A stretch of 15,761 nt of DNA, the filler included, from Cirrosporium novae-zelandiae (taxonomy: Eukaryota): the NCBI GenBank assembly GCA_026023565.1. It is 3 parts of 3 records of this genome, joined end to end, with 100 filler letters (N's around TTAATTAATTAA, not from the genome) between each part and the next. Parts side by side here need not be neighbours in the genome. Positions count along the whole stretch, not along the records: positions 1 to 6,251 come from JAPETS010000095.1; positions 6,352 to 12,203 come from JAPETS010000096.1; 1 more part is not named here. One strand, written 5' to 3'. Shown here piece after piece: positions 1-9,330 of this stretch (position 1 is the first letter of the stretch; every line of letters starts with the position of its first letter). The notes under the pieces are model-generated. The model did no database searches, was not told where the DNA came from, and saw only the letters and a list, made by a program, of their open reading frames with translations. The position numbers and the translations under genes are program-made.

Positions 1-30
1 GTCAAAGAATCAATAACCAACAAAAGGTTG

Positions 31-54
31 TCTCCACGTGATATCACGTAGAGA
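31..54. repeat. Near-perfect 24-bp palindrome containing paired E-box-like sites
   Basis: TCTCCACGTGATATCACGTAGAGA: 11 of 12 pairs are complementary. It contains CACGTG and CACGTA and overlaps or is followed by GATAAGATAAG. Confidence 0.7.
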
Positions 55-258
55 TAAGATAAGGCGTCGTGAATCGGAGATGTGAAATTTTTCCTCCCGT
101 TCCGCGTGGCCTGTGTTATGTGATTGTGTGGTTTCTGTTAAGGATCTCGGAAGATGCCGTGCCAAGACTAGATAGTATAACTAGAATATTTTGGATAAAT
201 TTAATAAAGAACCATACACAAAACCACAATTGTATTGCGTGACATCATGTGACTGACA

Positions 259-336
259 GTCTATAGACCGATTAGACCGAGCCTCTCTGTCTGTAGACCG
301 ACTAGACCGAACCCCTTGGTCTGGTCCATTCCCTTC
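259..336. mobile_element. Probable DNA-transposon end remnant with subterminal TAGACCGA repeats
   Basis: GTCTATAGACCGATTAGACCGA (259-280) and GTCTGTAGACCGACTAGACCGA (289-310) repeat with a 30-bp period. They are followed by TGGTCTGGTCCATTCCCTTC (317-336), the 19/20 reverse complement of 4273-4292. Confidence 0.45.
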
Positions 337-551
337 GGTTTCCGCCGCCAAGCCCGGAAATAAACGACCTACTATCATGATTAGCCGAGTTGTTCAAAAA
401 AAGAAAAGTATGTAATAATAACTATTGTCTCTTGTATACCTCTGCTAGAAGGATTATTTGACAATCTTCTATTGGACAGATAATCAAGAAAAGCCAGTAG
501 AGGTGAATAATTCAACAATAGTGACGATGGGATATGGTTTACTGTAGTTAG

Positions 552-803
552 AATACTTGGCCAAATAAGCTTGGGAATTCGGCTAACAAGCCATTCAAAT
601 GCTGCTATTGATGTCAACGGTCCAACTACACGCTATTTTTTAAATGGATCTTATCTAGTCAACCCGGGGTCAGCAAAACCTTACATTTCTCCCTCTAGGC
701 CATTAACTTTGGATGGCCATCATTGTTTTATCTTACTTGGTGAATTGTTGATAATCACGCTAGATCCTATGATTAACTTGCTATGAATGCTACAAATAGT
801 TTC
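552..803. repeat. Diverged direct repeat, copy 1 (copy 2 at 2216-2464)
   Basis: Collinear anchors at ~1.66 kb offset: 552-571/2216-2235 (17/20), 608-626/2268-2286 (16/19), 733-746/2386-2399 (14/14), 790-803/2451-2464 (13/14). Confidence 0.8.
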
Positions 804-1118
804 GAGTTTTGATAATCATACAAATAAGGTCTAACGGATGAGTGACCCTACGCGTTTCTGTATTCTCCAATATACTGTTTCCTTGGATTATTTTTTAATC
901 TAATCTGTATTTGATTCTTGCCTAGCTGCAAAAACTTATTAAAACCTTATATACTGCTGGTAAAATGAATATTTCAGAGACACTCATTGGAGGATTAATC
1001 AAAAGCATTGAGTCAAGCTAGGAAAGAGATGAAGTGATTCAAGGATTAGTCATGCGGGGGGGTCTGGTTGGCGACGGTGAGCGGTATATGTAAAGGCCGG
1101 GAGCACGGATCAGTCGCG

Positions 1119-1363
1119 TGGTCACATGATCTATATATGCCTCAAGAATTGCAACAGGATAAGCCAGGTGTTGACCCAGCTTTGATATTTTCTATGAAGG
1201 GAGACAACCCGAACATAATTATCATCCACACATCATGGATGATGTCGGGAATTATATACAGACTTTTCTTCAAAGTTGTCAGACCAATAAGCACAAAACA
1301 AGGGATGGCCGCAAGCATAGGCCAAATATGGTCACATGATCTACGTATGCCCAAGGCATTCCA
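1119..1363. repeat. Pair of 35-bp imperfect direct repeats, 210 bp apart
   Basis: TGGTCACATGATCTATATATGCCTCAAGAATTGCA (1119-1153) vs TGGTCACATGATCTACGTATGCCCAAGGCATTCCA (1329-1363): 28/35 identical, including the first 15 nt. Confidence 0.75.
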
Positions 1364-1928
1364 GTATCCTATTCTCATCATTGTCTCGATCTCGATCATA
1401 ATCCTAAGGCTCATGGTGTCACCAACAACGGCTTGTTCATCAATGAACTTCAGGTTCCTCACTTTTCTATGTATTTTTGCACTATCGCTAGAAGGATTAA
1501 CTACCCGATGATTAATTGTTGTACCAAGCCTGAATGATAAAGGTTTAACGTACCAAAACCAATTGTATCTCAGTTTATTTTCATTTCCCATATTCCTTTC
1601 GAAATTTTTTCTGATCTTCATCATTTCTACACTCCCCTATTGACAAATTAGCAGTGATTAAATATCAGAAAAGTGATTCCGAACCGCATTTCCTAGATAA
1701 GTCATATCCTTTCTCCACAACATTTGGAGGACAACGGACACCAGTCTGTTCATATTGAATGCACCAAGCTTTCACCCAATATTGTTTATGACCGCACTCG
1801 TATTCAACTTCTTTATGATCGCACATGATGCGACAAGCTAGATATGATAGTGCATATAATGGAAGTTAGAACACAAAAAAAAAGACGGCGGTGGAAAAAA
1901 TATATGGGCCTGAGAACATCTCCACCAA

Positions 1929-1948
1929 TATATATATATATATATATC
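1929..1948. repeat. (AT)n microsatellite
   Basis: About 10 consecutive AT units. Confidence 0.85.
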
Positions 1949-2215
1949 ATGAACAAGCATTTGTCCCGCAAAATCAGAGACAAGCTAGAATGTATTACCT
2001 CTAAAATCAATTTATTTGGTCTCAGGTTTCCTATCCTGATTATGATAATGCTGCGTTTACAAAAGAACATTATCACGGAATGCTCTAAAAGTTTGGTTGA
2101 GATGTTTGGAGTCAATAACTATGTGGTGTCTGCAAAAATCCTGATCTGGTTCGTTCATTGGCGGGAGGGTTGTGTGTCCAGGGTATGTAATAATTGGAAT
2201 CTCAGATACAAACTC

Positions 2216-2464
2216 AATGCTTAGCTAAATAAGCTCTGAGATTTAGATTAGCGGCCCGATCTCGACGTTGACGTTAACGATCCAACCGCGCACCGTTTTT
2301 GAGGTGGATCCTGGTAAATCCGGCATTGAACCCTCCATTTCCTTTTCTAGGCCGTTACTTTGTGGATGACCATCACCTTTCCGCTTTACTTGGTGAATTC
2401 CTCATCATGTCGGCTTTTGCTCTTGAGGGAGAAAAACGATTATTGCATGCCTACAAATGGTTTC
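2216..2464. repeat. Diverged direct repeat, copy 2 (copy 1 at 552-803)
   Basis: Same four anchors as copy 1. Mismatches within the anchors are C/T or G/A transitions. Confidence 0.8.
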
Positions 2465-2594
2465 AATAATTATATACATCAAGTTTGATTAATACAGAAA
2501 CTGTTTCCTTTGTACAGCTGTTTTGTCCACTGTTAGTCGATGGAGCAAATATTTTTGATCATCTTCTTTATCCTCAGCTTTCCTCCTGTTCGGC

Positions 2595-2664
2595 CCGAGG
2601 GTGAGTCGCACGTTTGATCCTCCAATGTCGTGAGTGCATATTCAAACATGCGACTCACCCTCGG
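2595..2664. mobile_element. 70-bp inverted-repeat hairpin; possible miniature or internally deleted DNA transposon
   Basis: CCGAGGGTGAGTCGCACGTTTGA (2595-2617) pairs with TCAAACATGCGACTCACCCTCGG (2642-2664) at 22/23, around a 24-nt loop. GCC flanks the CGAGGG...CCCTCG core on both sides (2593-2595, 2664-2666). Confidence 0.55.
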
Positions 2665-3388
2665 CCTTTGCTGCACACGTTCTGGCCATACTGCAGAGCC
2701 TTGCTAAAATATTTTTGTTCCTTGTAATCGGATCTTGCTTATCCGGAACAAAATCAACACTTAGAGACCATCTTTTTGACGAGGCAGCCTTAAACGATGT
2801 TGAAGAAGCTAACAATCGCTGAATTCGCCAGTACTGCCGATCTTGAAGCTGAGGTTGTAGGTGTCCCGCTGCAGCCATAAAAGTTTGTAAGGGAATTTTA
2901 TTCTCGAAATCCCGAGCGTTGGTATCAGCCCCATCATAGTGAGCCATCTGTATAACCACGAAAGCGGCATACCTTGCTGCCACATGCAAAGGTGTTCGGC
3001 TATTAATATCCTTGCCTTTGAATAGGTTCTTTCGGCAACTGGGTGTTAATTCTCGGCAGACGCGGAGAAAACATAGAGTTTGTTTGACCAGTTTGGGGTC
3101 GTATCGACTCGCTTTCATTACAGCTAGGTAATGAAATATATTCTGCCCATATTCATTGGTGACCATATTATCCCCTCGATTCAGATTGTCTAATATATCT
3201 TGATAGTTTTTGCGTTTACAGGCACAAAGCAAAGGGTGACGTCTATCCGGCTGAAACTGAAGAGGCGGAAATGATTTTTCGAAAGAATTGATGATTTGCT
3301 TGACCACAGGAGGATGTCCTTTGGTGTTTTCATGGTTGGTCAACGACTTTGGTTGAGAGGCTGGCGCGTGGTTGTCAACATTGGACAT
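2642..3388 (-). CDS. Ankyrin-repeat protein (248 aa)
   Basis: Uninterrupted ATG ORF with ankyrin motifs HPLLCAC, NEYGQNIFHYLA and KDINSRTPLHVAARYAAFVVIQMAHYDGADTNARDFENKIPL. The last ~7 codons and the stop lie within the hairpin. Confidence 0.8.
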   Translation of the reverse strand: MSNVDNHAPASQPKSLTNHENTKGHPPVVKQIINSFEKSFPPLQFQPDRRHPLLCACKRKNYQDILDNLNRGDNMVTNEYGQNIFHYLAVMKASRYDPKLVKQTLCFLRVCRELTPSCRKNLFKGKDINSRTPLHVAARYAAFVVIQMAHYDGADTNARDFENKIPLQTFMAAAGHLQPQLQDRQYWRIQRLLASSTSFKAASSKRWSLSVDFVPDKQDPITRNKNILARLCSMARTCAAKAEGESHV

Positions 3389-3728
3389 AATGATTGAGAT
3401 AAAAAAAAACCATGAGAGAATACCAGGTAAATGAACAAAATAGAAAGACGTTGATATATTTATGATACCTTTGAACTGGCCAGTGACCTATTTGTGAGCC
3501 ATTTTCGAGGTATACTATGTGTCGCCTCCGTATAATTTCTAATACGATGAAGAAGCTACATAAGATCATATGAGTTGGTGAAGTGCTAAATTTTAGATCT
3601 CTTTCAACTCACTGCCCCAGACCCTTGAGCTATCTATAGATATCATTCGGAAGCAGACCCGCAATCCAATTTCTGTGAACAGGAAGACCAATATCATATC
3701 AAGCCGGCCATTCAATATCTAAAATAAA

Positions 3729-4132
3729 TCAATCTAATCTTCTCTTTTCAATCTTCTCGAGTGTAGAAACATTGGTTTTGTTATCATCTTCGAGCTCCCT
3801 ATTTCTTTTAAGGGCTTGATCAAGCTTTTCTTGCATTTCGTCCGCCATTTTTTTCAAATAAGCTTTGTACTCTATAGATTCTCTATTAAGAGGTTATTGT
3901 TCTATAATTTTCAAAATAAGATTATTGATACATACCGGTTTGTTCTGGATATAAGGTTTTCGATATCCTTTGGATTTTTGGCTGGGCTCCAACCACGTGC
4001 ATCATTTGGAGTATAATTCGCATCACTTTTGTCAAGTTCAATTCGATTAGAATCTCGAGGGACGATAATTGATCTTTCGGGCTTCTTCTGAGAACGGTCT
4101 CGCTCCACGTTGTCAGGGGTATTCGAGGACAT
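3729..4132 (-). CDS. Short coiled-coil protein, SCOC/Slo1-like (DUF2205), divergent; 2 exons (4132-3936, 3882-3729), 116 aa
   Basis: A 53-nt intron GTATGT...AATAG (3935-3883) restores the frame. Product: ...IVPRDSNRIELDKSDANYTPNDARGWSPAKNPKDIENLISRTNRESIEYKAYLKKMADEMQEKLDQALKRNRELEDDNK.... This parallels the fungal family pattern IE...DARAMSP..coiled coil..LE.ENK as I recall it. Confidence 0.65.
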
Positions 4133-4268
4133 GGAAGATATAATGTTGTCAAATCGAAGTTTATATGGATCAAGTTAGTAAAATTAATAATGAAGGTCAG
4201 GCTAAAAGCACGGTCTATATAGATCTATTTTCAATTATTTTTTTTTTCAAGATTTTTAGATCTACAGC

Positions 4269-4302
4269 CAGTGAAGGGAATAGACCAGACCAGACCGGTC
4301 TG
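4269..4302. mobile_element. Probable DNA-transposon end remnant (hAT-like CAG start)
   Basis: CAGTGAAGGGAATAGACCAGACCAGACCGGTCTG: AGACC tandem units and an inverted match to 317-336. Confidence 0.4.
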
Positions 4303-4701
4303 ATTATTGCGTTGTCGAAAATATTAGGTCCAGGCCATGGAAAGACTTGATTACAGGAGACCACATGTGAGGAGGCATCAAAGAAAGATTAACAATGGCT
4401 TGTAGGGGCATGGGAAATATTAATCAAAATCTCGGGCATAACTCAACATGATAATATCTAAGCTTCTCTAAATAGAAGACACAATCATATATTCGGACTA
4501 ACAATCTCGGATAGTGAAAGGAGGAAGATCATAAAAGATATCAGCTCCAAAGAAGTAAGTGGAAGCCCAGCTCGGCTGTAGTTTCTGGGAGATTGAGATA
4601 GCAATTGATATCAGGGTCTGAAATTATAAAATGGTGCTACAAAAGTGAAGACATTGTTCTATTTCGATAGAATACATATTGATATAGCTCATAAACCAAC
4701 G

Positions 4702-5198
4702 ATGGTATCTCTCAATCTTGGGTTTTCTGGTATGAATAGTTTTGAAAGCTTCTTTAGCATCCATTTACACTTGCAGATAAGTTCAAACGCTGTCCAAGGC
4801 GTGTACTATCACCTACCTTAAGACGTGCCCTGCTAGGTTTTCCACAGCCCGAGCGCCCACTTGCCCAAATTCCTACAGGCCCCACGCTATACGCAATCAA
4901 TTTACCCGAGGAAATTACTGTTGGAAAAGAAGTCGAAGTCACCATCGGTGTTTCGGGCTTTAAGGATAATGAAGATATAGCGGACTTCTGGATTAAAATA
5001 TCACCAAAGGGAAAGTCTGAATCAAAGAAACGATATGATAGTATTGATCCAAACGCGAATGGAGGTCGACAGGTAACAGTATAATTCAAACTATTGAAAA
5101 TGGGCCTTATTACCGTTGAGGCAGCATTGTTCTACGGGAAGAAAACATTAGTTTGCCAAACGATTGGTACAGTCCGTGTGTTGGGATTTAGGAATTAA
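4702..5198 (+). pseudogene. Small beta-sandwich (Ig-like) protein gene with one in-frame stop
   Basis: Frame 4758-5198 reads ...INLPEEITVGKEVEVTIGVSGFKDNEDIADFWIKISPKG...SIDPNANGGRQVTV*FKLLKMGLITVEAALFYGKKTLVCQTIGTVRVLG..., with a single TAA at 5082-5084. ATG 4702 joins in frame via intron 4730-4776 (GTATGA..GCAG) or 4705-4757. Confidence 0.45.
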
Positions 5199-6251
5199 AT
5201 CTTTGATCAAGATATCATAAGGTACAATGAACTAGAATATGATGGATGATCTACACACGGGATAGACTAGATGATGAAGAGGATGATGGGTAGAAAGACA
5301 ATGAGAGAAAGCTTTAGGGAAGAAATTTGCGGGCTTATAGATTGATTGAACATAGAGATTGTCTGAAGAAACAAGCTCGAGCGGACAAATGCTATCTCGT
5401 GGAATATTTAAAAATGGACATCAGGTAGACAAATTTCAAAGAGATCGTATCAAGAAGGTGGGTAAAATGGCGAAATAATATGACACAAGATGTTTGATCC
5501 GGATTGTGGACCTTTGCTTTTAGACAAACGCTACATTGGAGTCACTAACACTTTCTAACTTAGCCAACTCCGCCTCATCATCGGGTCTTTGTGATGTAGG
5601 CAATCCCTTGCACCTCAGATTGAAGCCACCACCCCTCTTAATTTTCGCATTGAATTTGTAAGCCGGCCAGCGAACAGCACATAAACTAGCGCATACGAGA
5701 AGGATCTATAATAACGGTTTCAGTATTCTATTCGGATCCCTGATCTGGTCTTGAGCTTACCAAAAAAGAAGGCCGTATTCCGCCATCGATTCGGCCTCCC
5801 CAGTACAGCCCCAAAAATATTCCTGTTAGACAGGCCACCAACAGACATAGACAGACACTGCATTGACATATTGAAAGGGGACTATGATTTTGGGAAGAAA
5901 ATTTCAAGGAAACCAGAAAATAACCAATACTGATGAAAGTATATGCACTACAATCAACAAGGATCGTCATTATAAAAGCGACTTTTGATTGGATAAATAC
6001 GATACTGCATATTGGTAAATATCATCCGTGATTAGGGTGACTCAGATTGACGTACCCAAAAGCAATAATTTCAAGGAAGACTGTTAGACCCAATAATATG
6101 AAAACAGCTGACAGTTTTTTGTTGAGGCATTGGTAGGTGATATCCCAAAAAATTTTTACCTTTCGAATAATTAGCTTCAGTATATCACTATCAATGACAA
6201 AGAAGTGTCATACTTCATAGAATAACAGTATTGGTGTGTAAACTAGTAACA

Positions 6252-6351
6252 NNNNNNNNNNNNNNNNNNNNNNNNNNNNNNNNNNNNNNNNNNNNTTAAT
6301 TAATTAANNNNNNNNNNNNNNNNNNNNNNNNNNNNNNNNNNNNNNNNNNNN
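6252..6351. other. Assembly gap with artificial six-frame-stop linker
   Basis: 44 N + TTAATTAATTAA + 44 N = 100 nt. Confidence 0.97.
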
Positions 6352-6753
6352 GGAAGACCATTGCCGGAGGACTATGCTATCCGAGACCAAATATGGGCAC
6401 AATGGTATTATCCTGATAATTGGTTCGAAAAAGATGGAAAGCCTAAAGTTGACGAGGAAGAGCGCTCTTTTGATCTTCCTTCCATGGCAGAACCTCGTCT
6501 GGAACGGATCCTGTACCTGGCTTTTCGAATTGCCTCTTTCAAAAAGTGGTTGATTTACGACAAGAACTCGACCCTGTTCTCAGCATGTATATACGATTCT
6601 GATTCTCGGTCCCGGTCCAGCGCCACTGGGGAAGGAGAAAATGATACCATTATAACAGGGACTGACGAACCTCAACAAAAAGCAGAAATATCTATTCTTA
6701 TTTTTCCTACAACCAATACCGGATATGCAACCACTCATATTGAATCAAGCTAG
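6352..6753 (+). CDS. 3' fragment of an Est1-type DNA/RNA-binding-domain protein (5' end lost in the gap)
   Basis: GRPLPEDYAIRDQIWAQWYYPDNWF...DEEERSFDLPSMAEPRLERILYLAFRIA matches the recalled fungal Est1-like C-terminal motif (PLPED..IRG..W...Y.P..WF...DEER..E.PS....R.ER.L.L..RIA). The frame is open from the contig edge. Confidence 0.7.
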   Translation, partial: GRPLPEDYAIRDQIWAQWYYPDNWFEKDGKPKVDEEERSFDLPSMAEPRLERILYLAFRIASFKKWLIYDKNSTLFSACIYDSDSRSRSSATGEGENDTIITGTDEPQQKAEISILIFPTTNTGYATTHIESS

Positions 6754-7686
6754 ACAAGCATTGAAGAGGAATCTCCTCGATCCCAAAATGACGATGGGAA
6801 CGCGCCAATTATTACTCCTCTCATTATATTCTGGTTATATTCCTTTCCTTTTAACCGAGATAATAATTCAACGGCAGCCCCACAACCATCTTCACTGGAA
6901 ACAGAGTGTGATTCGAAGACGGTCCCAGAATCCCCCCAAAAATAAGATCTTATCCTGATTTTGTTGGTTTTTCGGTGTAGCATCAAATCTGCAAGCATCT
7001 TTTTCCCCAAAGGGTGGAAGCCTTGTTTAGAGTAACGTTGGATATTTTGTCTCTCGTTTTTTGTAGGAGTTCGGATTCGTGCTGAGACTATGGGCGAAAA
7101 ATACAAGAAGTGAGGCGTTATATTATCTGTCGCTGGTATTTGGTCGGCATTACTGTTTTTAATATATTTTGATTGGACAAGGTCGACGGGGATTCGCATT
7201 ATTGTTAAAGCTTCTGTATATCATTATTGAAAGGCTGGGGACTGTAACACCCGAGCTCCGCAAGTAATGTTCGATGAACCTCGGCAGGGATAAAGTCAAT
7301 CGATTTTCCGCTGAACCAATGAATTAGGCTCTGGCTCTCGAGTAGCGGGTAACAACGGCCGCAGGTCGGATAATCCGTTCCGCGGGCAACGACCCGAATC
7401 TCGAGCAAATCAGAAGCCATATTTAACCGAGACTTTCATTAATTCACAAACTCTCCCTTCGGCTTCCTATGCTTCTAGTTCCGTTTGGCCATCCGTTGCA
7501 TATTTTTCCAGTGCTCTATTTCCTTGCAGAGGCCTAGCAATCTTAGTACCATTACCATAATTTCCATCTCAATGTCCTTCAGTCCTTGATTTGATATACA
7601 GTGGCACTGATCCCTGACACTGCTGTTTGGTGCAACAGAATATCGTTATCATATTTCTTCTCTCTCGCTAACATATATTCTGTGGT

Positions 7687-7694
7687 ATATAAAG
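7687..7694 (+). promoter_or_regulatory. Candidate TATA box of the AZF1-like gene
   Basis: TATATAAA about 130 nt upstream of ATG 7818. Confidence 0.35.
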
Positions 7695-7817
7695 GAGTGA
7701 GCCTACTTTGCTATATAATAGCCTTTATCAATTTTATATGCAACACAGCTTTAACTCTTTTGTAATATTGCCTCGACACGAAACAATTGAGCAGCAGTAA
7801 TAGAAACTGTAAACTCA

Positions 7818-9080
7818 ATGACTTTCAACATGACCCTTCAACCGATGAACTCTGCTCCGCGCAGAATGACTGTTTGGGATTTTAATCCAAGCATGTCTTA
7901 CTTCTCTAACATTTCCACGCCAACTTCCCTGTCCGTTTGTCCAATCCCGCGTTCAGAGACTGATCTCTTCGTGAATACTGCGAATATGGTAGCCCAGGAC
8001 AACACAGTCATGGCAGGATACCAATCAATTGAGGAACCAATAATGTTTACATCCCCAAGCATCATTGGCGGAGTTTCACAAGTATCCGAGACCAAGAACG
8101 CAGTAGTTCATATCTCTCGACACCTGCCATTGAAGCACGAAAACCAATCTCCTGTCTATTCAGTTCCGCCGCAATGGGAGACCTGTTGGGTTCCTCACAC
8201 CAACGGAACTTCGATCTACAGGGAAACTCAATTCAATACCGAGGTCGACATATTGATGAAAGTTATTCAATCTAAGATAAAGCCTGGGAGGTCGGCTCCG
8301 CAACAGACAATAATGGCTCCACAAACTGATGTTCCTTTCAATCCGAGTATTCAGGACACCCAAAACTTTACCACCTTCACTCGATTTCAGAACGATAGAG
8401 GGCAAACGAAGTATCACTGTACATTCTCTAGCTGTGACAGAAAATTTTCTCAGAAGACGCAGCTGGAGATTCATATGCGAGCGCATACTGGAGAAAAGCC
8501 GTATGTGCGTTGACCAAATTTCAGATGCTCTGGATCTGGACAGAATGGACTAACCATTCTCTTCCAGTTTTGTAGGGAGCCTTCTTGCGGACAACGATTC
8601 TCCCAATCCGGAAACTTGAAAGTAAAGACTCCTTGACAGCTCCAAGGGTAAGAATGCTGCCACTAATCTACATATGGTAGACACACGAAAAACGCCATAC
8701 CGGTGAACGCCCTTACTCCTGTAAAACTTGTGGAAAACGGTTTGCTCAACGAAGTAATATTCGCGCCCATCATATCGTACACGAACAGCACAAACCTTTT
8801 ACATACAAACTCGACAATTGCAGGAAATATTTCACTCAATTAAGCAATCTCAAGGTCCTGGCTATCCTATTTAGTCATATCCAGTGTCCAAAGCTGATAG
8901 CCATTGTAGTCCCACCAAAATAAATTTCATAGGATCACCCTGCAATATCTCACTTGCAGGTTTGATTCTATCAACCCAGATGATACTCTCTCTGCTCCAG
9001 ATATAGAGCTCTGGGAATATTTCGCCAAACTTTATAAGAACAGCAACAAAGGTATCATGGGCCGGGGGAAAAAAAATTGA
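7818..9080 (+). CDS. AZF1-like C2H2 zinc-finger transcription factor, probably degenerate; exons 7818-8504, 8568-8621, 8681-8854, 8910-9080
   Basis: Spliced product has four fingers: KYHCTFSSCDRKFSQKTQLEIHMRAHTGEKPY-FCREPSCGQRFSQSGNLK-THEKRHTGERPYSCKTCGKRFAQRSNIRAHHIVH..KPFTYKLDNCRKYFTQLSNLK-SHQNKFH. It also has the Azf1 signature LWEYFAKLYKNSNKGIMGRGK. Introns have GT..AG ends and ACTAAC/ACTAAT/GCTGAT branch sites. The first Cys of finger 4 is Tyr (8804-8806). Confidence 0.85.
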
Positions 9081-9330
9081 AGCGTGAGATTAAATTAAAA
9101 TGGCGTATAGAAACCATGGTTCATTGTTTCTCCGTAATCGAGATTTCATCGTGAACCCTTTGCAAGTTTAACGAAATCTCAGATTAGATTAGATGCAATA
9201 TAAATATAATTTTCAACTGCTAGGCAAAATATTCTGCTTGCTGCACCATCTTACAGATTTGAAACTTCTTAAAGTGGGAGAGAAGAAGTCTGGAAGCAGA
9301 AATTCAAAAGAGAGTCGCGCGACTTTTCAG

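Noticed and set aside
444..1499. 13-bp match GCTAGAAGGATTA at 444 and 1487
   Set aside because: It does not extend, and about one such match is expected by chance in AT-rich DNA of this length.
1068..2224. ORFs 1068-1511, 1142-1624, 1813-2115 and 1844-2224
   Set aside because: Overlapping antisense pairs with no recognisable domain; they run through a DNA repeat motif or the (AT)n tract.
5728..6251. Possible decayed coding sequence on the + strand
   Set aside because: Protein-like stretches are present but have many stops and frame changes and no recognisable motif.
6296..6307. TTAATTAATTAA palindrome inside the N runs (also 12248-12259)
   Set aside because: Artificial contig linker with stops in all six frames; not biological.
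6750..7620. ORFs 6750-7199 and 7205-7420, and a possible solo LTR starting TGTAACACC near 7242
   Set aside because: No domain similarity, and no matching LTR end or target duplication was found; more likely upstream DNA of the AZF1-like gene.
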